From Ruminococcus sp. UBA946 (lineage in GTDB: Bacteria > Bacillota > Clostridia > Oscillospirales > Ruminococcaceae): a stretch of DNA of 33,809 nucleotides. Positions 1 to 8,033 of this stretch are shown here, one piece after another; positions within the stretch are counted from its first letter, which is position 1; each line of letters opens with the position of its first letter. The stretch lies in assembly GCA_002293295.1 (NCBI GenBank), contig DBCY01000080.1, forward strand, positions 1-33,809, written 5' to 3'. The notes under the pieces were generated by a model that was given only the letters and a program-made list of their open reading frames with translations, was not told the DNA's origin and ran no database searches. The position numbers were made by a program, and so were the translations under genes.

Positions 1-66
1 TAAGTCCGCTTTTGTCCACTCCCCCTATTTTAGAATTATTTGAAAAATAAATAACTGAGGTGTGAT

Positions 67-2406
67 ATGTACAATAGGATTATTATTAACGATATTAAAA
101 AAAGCAGGCTGATTACGGCGGCGATAACGGCTTTTATACTAGCCGCTGCTATGCTTACTTCTTTGGCGGCGTCGCTCGCCGTAAACATGTCCGGTGCAAT
201 AGACAATATGATGAGAACGGCAAAGACCGCGGATTTCATGCAGATGCACACAGGGGACGTCGATTTGGAACAAATACGGGATTTCTCCGAAGCAAATGAC
301 AGCGTTGAGGATTATCAGGTGCTTCCGTTCCTCAACATCGAGGGAGCCGATATTATCATAGGCGATGAATCCCTTGATTGGAGCCTTCAGGACAACGGTT
401 TTACGGTACAGGCAGAAAGGTTCGATTTCCTGCTGGACCTGAATAATGAGGTTATAAAACAGCCATCCCAGGGAGAAATTTATGTTCCTATATATTATAT
501 GCTTGAGGGAGCTTTAAACCTTGGCGACCGGGTTACGGTTCACGGAACTGATTTTACCGTTGCGGGGTTTGTGAGGGATTCCACCATGAATCCGACGCTT
601 GCGTCGTCAAAACGGTTTCTTGTGAACGAAGCCGACCTTGAAAAATTAATGCCGTTCGGAGCTATGGAATATCTGATTGAATTTGTTTTAAAGGACGGGG
701 TGTCAGCCACGGAATTTGAAGCCGATTATTTTAGCGCAGAGCTTCCGTCCAACGGGCCGCCATCCATTACATATGCGCTTGTCAGCCTTATGAACGGAAT
801 GACGGACGGCATTATGATAGCCGTACTGGTTTTGATTGCAGCGCTTGTAATTATTGTGTCGTTTTTATGCATACGGTTTACCCTGCTTGCTAAAATCGGT
901 GAGGATTACAGAGAAATCGGAGTGCTGAAGGCAATAGGTCTGCGTGTGAGTGCAATCAAGAAGCTCTATATGGCGAAATACGGTTTTATTGCGGGAATAG
1001 CCTGCGCGCTGGGATTTTTACTGTCACTCCCTCTGCAGAAACCCTTTATGCAGAATATCCGCCTTTATATGGGCGAAAGCGGAAACCGTACAGTTATAAC
1101 CGGACTTTTATGCGGCCTTGCCGGGGCGGCGGTAATTTACGGAGTTATACTTCTTTATGTAAACGGAGTAATGAGAAGCTTTAAAAAAATATCAGCGGCA
1201 CAGGCTGTCCGGTTCGGGGCCCCGCAGGAGAAATCCAGGGCTGTAAGAGGTTTTAGATTAAGTAATAACCGGGTCTTTGCTGTAAATATCTTTTTGGGTT
1301 TCAAGGATATTCTTACCCGTAAAAAACTTTATGTTACCATGCTGTCGGTACTGGTTATATCATCTTTTATAATGATTGTACCGCAAAACATATACAATAC
1401 CATATCCGACAGGAACTTCATGACTTTTATGGGCATGGGCGTCTGTGATTTCAATATGGAAATCAAAAGCACTCAGTTAGGTGATATTGGTCAGATGGCG
1501 GAGGAAATGACAGCTGCAGTCGCATCTGACGCGAATGTGGAAAAATATGCCGTAAACACAGGCATGATGTTTGACCGTACAGCTGATGACGGGACAACGC
1601 ACCGTATGAGGGTGACCCTGGGCGACCATTCGACCTTTCCCATAAAATATACACAGGGAAGGATGCCGCAAACCGGTGATGAAATAGCCATATCAGGAAT
1701 GAATGCCGATGACCTCGGGAAAACGGCAGGGGATGAAATTGTTTTAACGGTGGACGGCGTAAAAAAGCGGCTGACGATATGCGGAATTTACTCCGACGTC
1801 ACAAGCGGCGGAAGAACCGCGAAAGCTATTTTTGAACCTGAAACAGGCGATATATTAAGTATAGGCATAGCCGGAGACTTTAGTGACGGCGCTGACGTGC
1901 AGACCTTGATTTCACGGTATGAGGAAGCTTTGCCCTATACGAAAATTTATGGTTACGAGGATACCAGGGACCAGACATTAGGCACAATGATTAACGCTGT
2001 AAAGCTTGCCTCATATGCCGCGGCAGGGGTTACGGCGCTGCTAACCGTTCTGGTTACAATACTGTTCATGAAAATGCTTATAGTAAAAGACCGTTACCAA
2101 ATCGCAGTAATGAAATCAACAGGATTTACATTCAAGGAAATCCGCTCCCAGTATATAACGCGTTCAGCAGTTGTCGCACTTCTTGGAATTATTATCGGAA
2201 CGGTTCTTGCCAACACAATAGGGGAGTATGCCGGTGCCGCGCTTGTATCCTCCTTCGGCGCGACGGCTTTCAGCTTTGTTGTGAATCCGTGGTTTGCATA
2301 TGTATTTTCACCGCTGCTGATTGCGGTATGCGTTTATATTTCAGTGTTACCGGGAGTATCTGATATACGCAGGCTTAAAATACCCGAATATATAAAAGAA
2401 ACATAA
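67..2406 (+). CDS. ABC transporter permease, FtsX/MacB type with two FtsX modules and two large extracytoplasmic segments
   Basis: 779-aa ORF with GAGGTG RBS just before the ATG. N-terminal TM helix and long soluble segment, then an FtsX-like module (REIGVLKAIGLRVSAIKKLY...). A second TM plus soluble segment and a second FtsX-like module follow (YQIAVMKSTGFTFKEIRSQY...). The ATPase gene lies directly downstream. Confidence 0.85.
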   Translation: MYNRIIINDIKKSRLITAAITAFILAAAMLTSLAASLAVNMSGAIDNMMRTAKTADFMQMHTGDVDLEQIRDFSEANDSVEDYQVLPFLNIEGADIIIGDESLDWSLQDNGFTVQAERFDFLLDLNNEVIKQPSQGEIYVPIYYMLEGALNLGDRVTVHGTDFTVAGFVRDSTMNPTLASSKRFLVNEADLEKLMPFGAMEYLIEFVLKDGVSATEFEADYFSAELPSNGPPSITYALVSLMNGMTDGIMIAVLVLIAALVIIVSFLCIRFTLLAKIGEDYREIGVLKAIGLRVSAIKKLYMAKYGFIAGIACALGFLLSLPLQKPFMQNIRLYMGESGNRTVITGLLCGLAGAAVIYGVILLYVNGVMRSFKKISAAQAVRFGAPQEKSRAVRGFRLSNNRVFAVNIFLGFKDILTRKKLYVTMLSVLVISSFIMIVPQNIYNTISDRNFMTFMGMGVCDFNMEIKSTQLGDIGQMAEEMTAAVASDANVEKYAVNTGMMFDRTADDGTTHRMRVTLGDHSTFPIKYTQGRMPQTGDEIAISGMNADDLGKTAGDEIVLTVDGVKKRLTICGIYSDVTSGGRTAKAIFEPETGDILSIGIAGDFSDGADVQTLISRYEEALPYTKIYGYEDTRDQTLGTMINAVKLASYAAAGVTALLTVLVTILFMKMLIVKDRYQIAVMKSTGFTFKEIRSQYITRSAVVALLGIIIGTVLANTIGEYAGAALVSSFGATAFSFVVNPWFAYVFSPLLIAVCVYISVLPGVSDIRRLKIPEYIKET

Positions 2407-2446
2407 AAGTAAATAAATTAATCGTCTTGAAAGGATGGTCATAACC

Positions 2447-3199
2447 ATGAATAAAGTTATTACAGGAAAGAATATAGTAAAAACCTTCGGTAAAGGCAGT
2501 GAAAAAACGAACGCCCTGAACGGGGTTGACGCGGAAATATCAAAGGGGGAATTCGTCGCCGTAATGGGACCGTCGGGTTCTGGAAAATCAACGCTTTTAT
2601 TCGTTTTAAGCGGAACGGATGATATTACCGAAGGGTCGGTCAAATTCAACGGTACGGAATTAAAGGAGCTTAGGGAAAATGAGCTTGCCGATATCCGCCG
2701 CGAAAAAATCGGTTTTGTTTTTCAGCAGCCTACCATGCTGAAAAACCTTAATGTGCTGGATAATATAATCCTTCCCGCTGTAAATAATAACGGTAAGGAT
2801 ATAAAAGCGATTACCCAGAAGGCAAAGGCTGTAATGGAAAAAACGGGTATATCCGGTCTTGAAAACAGAGATATTACCGAAGTTTCAGGCGGTCAGCTGC
2901 AGCGTGCCGGAGTTTGCCGCGCATTGATAAACTCCCCTGAGATAATTTTTGCCGACGAACCTACCGGAGCTTTGAATTCAAAATCGGCAGATGAAATAAT
3001 GTCTTTACTGACAGATATAAACAAAGACGGTACGGCAGTTCTTCTCGTTACGCATGACGCTAAGGTTGCCGCAAGAGCCGGCAGAATCCTGTTTATGAAG
3101 GACGGTTCTGTAGTATCGGAACTGATTTTTAATGAATCAGATATTATAGAAACTAAAATAAACAGAATCATAAAACATATGTCTTCCGCAGAAATTTAA
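2447..3199 (+). CDS. ABC transporter ATP-binding protein (MacB/LolD-like)
   Basis: Walker A GPSGSGKST, signature VSGGQLQR, Walker B IIFADEPTGALN, H-loop LVTHD. ATG at 2447 is preferred (AAGGATGG about 8 nt upstream), but the frame is open from ATG 2435. Confidence 0.9.
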   Translation: MNKVITGKNIVKTFGKGSEKTNALNGVDAEISKGEFVAVMGPSGSGKSTLLFVLSGTDDITEGSVKFNGTELKELRENELADIRREKIGFVFQQPTMLKNLNVLDNIILPAVNNNGKDIKAITQKAKAVMEKTGISGLENRDITEVSGGQLQRAGVCRALINSPEIIFADEPTGALNSKSADEIMSLLTDINKDGTAVLLVTHDAKVAARAGRILFMKDGSVVSELIFNESDIIETKINRIIKHMSSAEI

Positions 3200-3206
3200 T
3201 ATTATC

Positions 3207-3234
3207 ATAATATGACGTTCTGGTGTCACATTAT
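3207..3234. promoter_or_regulatory. Imperfect palindrome ATAATATGAC-N7-TGTCACATTAT upstream of the GyrI-like gene; candidate operator
   Basis: Half-sites ATATGAC / GTCACAT read directly. It resembles the core of the 56-bp repeats at 24996-25020 and 25646-25670 (10/12 and 7/8 matches in the two arms at the same spacing). Confidence 0.25.
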
Positions 3235-3277
3235 ATATGCTATAATTATTAAAATTAATAAAACGGAGGAATAAAAA

Positions 3278-3742
3278 TTGTCCAGAATATCTCAGATTAC
3301 TTTAATCCAACAGCCTTGTATGCACACATTGTCAATCCGCAGGAATATTAATTTTATGGAGGAATTTTCAGAACTGGCGGGTTATTCCTTCAGTAAAATC
3401 ATAGCATACTTAAACAGTCTGAACGAACTGCCGGGAGGGGAGCCGTTCGTTTGCTTTCATAACATGGATTTGGAAAATCTTGATGTTGAAATCGGCTTCC
3501 CCGCAGCAAGTCCGTTAAACGGAAAAGAAGATATAACAGTGGGAGAGATTAAATCTCAGAAGACCGTATCGGCGATTGACCTTGGTCCGTATGAAAAGCA
3601 GGACCCTACGCTCGAAGAATTGTTTTCATGGATTCAAAGCAGCGGCTGTGAAATGAAAGGAGAAATATATTATCATTATCTGAACGATACTGAACGCCCG
3701 GAAAATGAACTTCTTACGAAAATGGTAATTCCTTTGAAATAA
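3278..3742 (+). CDS. GyrI-like (AraC effector-binding / SRPBCC-type) small-molecule-binding protein
   Basis: 154-aa ORF with TTG start 8 nt after GGAGG. The size and sequence pattern (opening beta strand ITLIQQPCMHTLSIRR, ...VEIGFPA..., ...YYHYLND..., ...MVIPLK end) fit stand-alone GyrI-like domains. Confidence 0.65.
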   Translation: MSRISQITLIQQPCMHTLSIRRNINFMEEFSELAGYSFSKIIAYLNSLNELPGGEPFVCFHNMDLENLDVEIGFPAASPLNGKEDITVGEIKSQKTVSAIDLGPYEKQDPTLEELFSWIQSSGCEMKGEIYYHYLNDTERPENELLTKMVIPLK

Positions 3743-3762
3743 AATCCAATTCAGGGACTTAT

Positions 3763-3791
3763 AAAAATCCGCTTTCAGCAGCGGATTTTTT
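3763..3791 (+). terminator. Rho-independent terminator after the GyrI-like gene
   Basis: Perfect 11-bp stem AAAAATCCGCT / AGCGGATTTTT with loop TTCAGC, running into a T tract. Confidence 0.8.
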
Positions 3792-3876
3792 AATATATGA
3801 GCATGTATGTATTTTTAACCTTTAATATTGCAGCGTCATATACTGATTAAAGAACATGCATAAAGGAGAATTAATT

Positions 3877-6111
3877 ATGGCTGCAATATCAGGAAAACTA
3901 AGATTTGACAGATTAAGGACAGCAGACCCGTCAAGAGCTGCGCAGGGTATAGCCGGTGTTCCGATTGTTCTGCAGAATACCGCGACGAATGCCATGCTGG
4001 CTGTACTGACTGATTCGGAGGGTAACTATTCATTTATAAATGTGCCCGACGGTAATTATGCGATTATTGAGGCATTCGGAACGGCTGCGGTTCCGTCTCC
4101 GGGTGATTTTTCCGCTGCCGTGGTTTCGGTGCCGGTACAGTCGTTATTCCCGCCGCTCAGTCAGGTATCCGACCCTCCTGCCGGCGCTACCAACCTCGAT
4201 TCGGTGACGCCCTCAACTATACTGGTTAATGTTGCCGGTTCAGACCTCGCCGGACAGGACATCTTGAACGGTCCCGTTAAATACACGCCTATCCATACCA
4301 TTCTTGACAAAAGCGTCAGGGTTACGGAACAAAACCTGATTACGGAGGCAGACAACGGAACATTCGGCAGTTTTCCCCAGGGAACTGCCGCGAATACCGG
4401 CGCTGACCCGAACCCTTACCCGGATATAGGAACCGAGTTCATTTATACTCTGCCTAATCCTGCAAGTGTGACGCCCGCGTTTCATCAGTATACCATACAG
4501 AATATAATGAACGATGCGACGGCTAATGTTCAGAATACCTGGTGGAGGATTGCCGACCATACCGCAGGGAATGAAACCGGCAGAATGATGGTAATTAACG
4601 GGGATGTTCCCGGTTCAGCAATTTTTGAGCAGAGAGTGAGCGTCAAACCCAGCACTTACTACCTGTTAAGCTCATGGATACTGAACCTTTCAAATAACGC
4701 TGGTCTTGCCGACCCGAAGCTGGGAGTTGAGGTGCTGGGCGAAAACGGAGATGTGCTGTACAGCGCTACGCTGGGCGCTTTAATACCCATGAACCCGGAC
4801 ACTCCGGAATGGAAGCAAATCGGCACAATGATAAATTCACAGAATAACCTGGCGCTTACAGTAAGATTCACCAGCGAAGGTCCGGAGGCATTCGGCAACG
4901 ATTATGCCATAGATGACATTCTGCTAAATGAAGTCGGCATAACTCCCTATGACCCGAAGAAAACCGCTGATTCCGCCAGTGTTATTACAGGAGATACCGT
5001 TGAATATACGGTTACGCTCGAAAATCCCGGAGCAAATCCTCTGACGAACGTAATTGTACGCGATATTATACCGCCGGGGATGTCATTCATACCCGGAACT
5101 GTTACGGTAAACGGTCAGAGCAATACGCAAGCTGACCCGAACGCAGGCTTTTCAGTGCCGGATATACCGGGAGAATCTGTTCTTACCGTAACCTTTTCGG
5201 CTGTCGCTGGGTCAGTACCCTCAATAAATCCGACCGTCAACAGCGCGCAGGTTATATATTCCTATTCACCTGTCACAGGCGGAATCCCGGAGGTTTTTGA
5301 CAGAACATCAAATAATGTTGCTGTGGAGATTCTGCCATCTCAGTGTATCGAATGCCCTCCCGGTCCCGCCGGACCGCAGGGCGAACCGGGTCCTCAGGGA
5401 ATACAGGGACCTAAGGGCGATACGGGAGACACGGGACCGCAGGGAATCCAGGGACCGAAGGGCGATACGGGAGACACGGGACCTCAGGGAATACAGGGAC
5501 CGAAAGGCGATACGGGAGACACGGGACCGCAGGGAATACAGGGACCGAAAGGCGATACTGGAGACACGGGTCCTCAGGGAATACAGGGACCGAAAGGCGA
5601 TACTGGAGACACGGGTCCTCAGGGAATACAAGGACCGAAGGGCGATACGGGAGACACCGGGCCTCAGGGAATACAGGGCGAACAGGGTCCGGCAGGTCCG
5701 GCATGTCCGGCATGTACCGAGTGTCCTGTTTTTCCGTATGCTGATATTTCATTGACTATGACTGCACAGCCTGAAACAGCGGCTCCGTGTGATGTAATAA
5801 TTTATACTCTCACGGTAAGAAACGAGGGACCTTCCACAGCTTTTGGCGTAGTTCTGGAGGATTCTATACCCTTCGAGCTTAACAGCGTTAATTATTCGCT
5901 GGACGGCGGACGCAGCTGGAAACCTTGGAACGGATGGCTCAGACTAGGAAGCCTGAACCCGGGCGAATCCGTAACAGTGCTTATAAACGCAACGGTTCAG
6001 CGATGTGCTAAAACCGAAATAACTAATTCCGCGGAAGCATATTCCTCAACCGCGGATATTAATCCCGAAAACAACCGTGCAGAAGTTTCCGTCGAATTAA
6101 TTATAAGATAA
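3877..6111 (+). CDS. Collagen-like triple-helix repeat protein with Cna-B/SdrD-like, jelly-roll (CBM-like) and two DUF11-like domains; no signal peptide
   Basis: ATG at 3877 lies 8 nt after AAAGGAG; the frame is open from 3856. Cna-B-like: [38 protein letters not shown]-like segment ends [17 protein letters not shown]11-like: [33 protein letters not shown] and [25 protein letters not shown]. There are 38 uninterrupted G-X-Y triplets at 5362-5703. Confidence 0.85.
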   Translation: MAAISGKLRFDRLRTADPSRAAQGIAGVPIVLQNTATNAMLAVLTDSEGNYSFINVPDGNYAIIEAFGTAAVPSPGDFSAAVVSVPVQSLFPPLSQVSDPPAGATNLDSVTPSTILVNVAGSDLAGQDILNGPVKYTPIHTILDKSVRVTEQNLITEADNGTFGSFPQGTAANTGADPNPYPDIGTEFIYTLPNPASVTPAFHQYTIQNIMNDATANVQNTWWRIADHTAGNETGRMMVINGDVPGSAIFEQRVSVKPSTYYLLSSWILNLSNNAGLADPKLGVEVLGENGDVLYSATLGALIPMNPDTPEWKQIGTMINSQNNLALTVRFTSEGPEAFGNDYAIDDILLNEVGITPYDPKKTADSASVITGDTVEYTVTLENPGANPLTNVIVRDIIPPGMSFIPGTVTVNGQSNTQADPNAGFSVPDIPGESVLTVTFSAVAGSVPSINPTVNSAQVIYSYSPVTGGIPEVFDRTSNNVAVEILPSQCIECPPGPAGPQGEPGPQGIQGPKGDTGDTGPQGIQGPKGDTGDTGPQGIQGPKGDTGDTGPQGIQGPKGDTGDTGPQGIQGPKGDTGDTGPQGIQGPKGDTGDTGPQGIQGEQGPAGPACPACTECPVFPYADISLTMTAQPETAAPCDVIIYTLTVRNEGPSTAFGVVLEDSIPFELNSVNYSLDGGRSWKPWNGWLRLGSLNPGESVTVLINATVQRCAKTEITNSAEAYSSTADINPENNRAEVSVELIIR
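5389..5658 (+). repeat. Six tandem 45-bp coding repeats ([15 protein letters not shown] x6), with a partial seventh unit to about 5679
   Basis: Units start at 5389, 5434, 5479, 5524, 5569 and 5614. All nucleotide differences between units are synonymous third-position changes. Confidence 0.95.
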
Positions 6112-6153
6112 AATCAATTCATGTTAATATTGAATACCTTTGCCATATGGAAG

Positions 6154-6200
6154 GCGCATAGGGCGTTGAAAAAGCAGCGCCCTATTGCGATTTCGGTTTC
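6154..6200 (+). terminator. Probable terminator of the collagen-like gene
   Basis: Stem ATAGGGCG (6158-6165) / CGCCCTAT (6178-6185), extendable by GCG/CGC with one bulge. Loop is 12 nt and a T-rich tail follows (TGCGATTTCGGTTTC). Confidence 0.55.
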
Positions 6201-6228
6201 AAGTCTGACCTGTTTCTGTTCGGTTTAT

Positions 6229-6523
6229 TTTGAAATATTATTAATATGATGCCGGTTTCTTTTGAATAATCGGCGATGGTTAAAGGTATCCTTTCACCGT
6301 CTGCGTCCGCACGCAGAATAATACTAATCCCCAATAAAAAACATTGAAAAAAATCTGCATAAAAACCGTAAAGAATGGTTTATACTTGATTTTTTATATG
6401 TTTTCAATCGGTTATTAGTATAACAAACTGCCCCGGTTCCGCTTTTTGAGCTATAGCCGGAGCGGATATTTCCAGTAATATAACGTTTTTATTAAGAACC
6501 GTCCTGCAGATAATTTCATTCAT
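6229..6523 (-). pseudogene. Remnant of an NfnA/PyrK-like (sulfide/dihydroorotate dehydrogenase-like) FAD/NAD-binding subunit gene
   Basis: My own translation of 6523-6407 gives MNEIICRTVLNKNVILLEISAPAIAQKAEPGQFVILITD, then TGA. The same frame resumes at 6301 with DGERIPLTIADYSKETGIILIIFQ, the hallmark GERIPLTIAD motif. The 102 nt between carry a second stop, and no homology is recognisable after about 6229. Confidence 0.55.
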
Positions 6524-6593
6524 AGTAATTAAGTTTCCTTTCGGTTTATACGCTGTAAAGCAGATGAACAGACCAAAACACCGGCAAGACTTC

Positions 6594-8033
6594 TTATATC
6601 CGCCCGTCCCCGTTACTTAAAATTTCTGTTAGGGACTTCCTTATAATTTCAGGATTACCCGAGCCGCGCAGTTCTTTCATTACCGCTCCCATAAGAAAAC
6701 CGAAAGCCTTTTCCTTTCCGTTTCTATAGTCGTCTGCCGCCACAGAGTTATCGGACAGAACTTTTTTTACGGCACGGGAAACCGCATCATTGTCGCTGTT
6801 CATCAGAAGCCCGTGTTTCATAATATAATCATCGGGTTCCACATTGTCTTTAAAGACCGCTGCTACCGTTTTTTTATAAGAATTACCGTTAATTTTACCC
6901 GAATGTTCAAGTTTTATAAGATATGACAGTTTATCGCAGTTTACTTTAAGGTTTTCAGGACGAATACTGTGCGTATTCATCAGCCGCATGATTTCGCCTG
7001 TGATTAAATTTGCGGATTCAGACGGGGAGCCGCTTTTTTCGGATAATTCCTCAAAAACAGTTGCTATATTTTTATGGGACGTTATTATTTCAGCATCGTT
7101 TTTTGCAATATGCCAATCCTTTTCGTAACGTTCCCTTTTCTGCGTTCCAAGTTCGGGCAGAGTATTTTTTATCCCGTTAATCATATCATCGCTGATGATT
7201 AGCGGCTGCATATCGGGTTCGGGGAAATACCGGTAATCATTAGCATTTTCCTTTGAACGCATTGAAAATGACTTTTGCTTGTTATCATCCCATCGTCTGG
7301 TTTCCTGCGTTATTTTTCCGCCGCTTTCTATAATTTCTGTCTGGCGTTTTGTTTCAGATTCCACGGCTCTGCCTATTGCCTTGAAGGAATTGAGGTTTTT
7401 CATTTCGGTGCGGACTCCTAACTCACCGCCTTTTTGCCTTATGGACAGGTTTATGTCGGCTCGTATTGAACCCTCCTGCATTTTACAGTCGCAAATATCA
7501 GCATACATAAGGATTTCCTTTAGGTTTTCAAGGAACTCTGCAACCTCTCCGGCTGTTTCAAAATCGGGATTTGTAACAATTTCAACGAGAGGAATGCCGC
7601 ATCTGTTGAAATCCATAAGCGTATTCCCGCTCAGCGGGTCATGAATCAGCTTGCCTGCGTCTTCTTCTATGTGAATTTCACGTATGGTTATTATTTTCGT
7701 TTTTCCGCCTGACGTTATTTCAAGTTTACCGTCTGTGCATACGGGTGTATATAGCTGTGAAATCTGATAAGACTTCGGCAGGTCGGGATAAATATAATTT
7801 TTACGGTCGAATACCGAGTTTGGATTAATACTACAGTTAAGGAGTAATCCTAAACGTACGGCATAAACCGCAACGGCTTCGTTCAGCCTCGGCAGAACGC
7901 CCGGCATTCCCGAACAGACAGGGCAAACGAGGGTATTCGGTTCTGCTCCGAATTCGGTTGAACAGCCGCAGAAAATCTTCGTACTTGTTGATAATTCGGC
8001 GTGAATTTCCAGTCCTATTACCGGTTCCCACAT
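6594..8033 (-). CDS. gatB: Asp-tRNA(Asn)/Glu-tRNA(Gln) amidotransferase subunit B
   Basis: 479 aa with typical GatB N-terminus MWEPVIGLEIHAELSTSTKIFCGCS...CPVCSGMPGVLP. Its start overlaps the gatA stop by 16 nt. Confidence 0.95.
   Translation of the reverse strand: MWEPVIGLEIHAELSTSTKIFCGCSTEFGAEPNTLVCPVCSGMPGVLPRLNEAVAVYAVRLGLLLNCSINPNSVFDRKNYIYPDLPKSYQISQLYTPVCTDGKLEITSGGKTKIITIREIHIEEDAGKLIHDPLSGNTLMDFNRCGIPLVEIVTNPDFETAGEVAEFLENLKEILMYADICDCKMQEGSIRADINLSIRQKGGELGVRTEMKNLNSFKAIGRAVESETKRQTEIIESGGKITQETRRWDDNKQKSFSMRSKENANDYRYFPEPDMQPLIISDDMINGIKNTLPELGTQKRERYEKDWHIAKNDAEIITSHKNIATVFEELSEKSGSPSESANLITGEIMRLMNTHSIRPENLKVNCDKLSYLIKLEHSGKINGNSYKKTVAAVFKDNVEPDDYIMKHGLLMNSDNDAVSRAVKKVLSDNSVAADDYRNGKEKAFGFLMGAVMKELRGSGNPEIIRKSLTEILSNGDGRI

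Noticed and set aside
36-251. 71-aa antisense ORF at the start of the ABC permease gene, and similar antisense ORFs inside gatA, gatB, gdhA, carB, glnA, purB and the MerR gene
   Set aside because: All are fully nested opposite long genes that have clear family motifs. None has a convincing RBS, and their compositions are typical of antisense translation.
5389-5679. A regularly spaced repeat array that could look like a CRISPR array
   Set aside because: The units are contiguous with no spacers and 45 bp long. They are in-frame G-X-Y coding sequence inside a long ORF, and no cas genes are present.
5297-5755. ORFs of 107-152 aa in the alternative frame and on the antisense strand of the collagen repeat (Arg/Asp/Glu-rich or Pro/Val-rich repetitive translations)
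   Set aside because: They exist only because the 45-bp repeat lacks stops in other frames. They have no RBS and lie entirely inside a well-supported gene.
6404-6406. In-frame TGA in the NfnA-like stub as selenocysteine or programmed read-through, since the frame is preserved across the 102-nt gap
   Set aside because: A second in-frame stop (TAA) follows 7 codons later and the intervening peptide is AT-rich nonsense. The gene also loses homology after about 65 codons, so this is decay rather than recoding.
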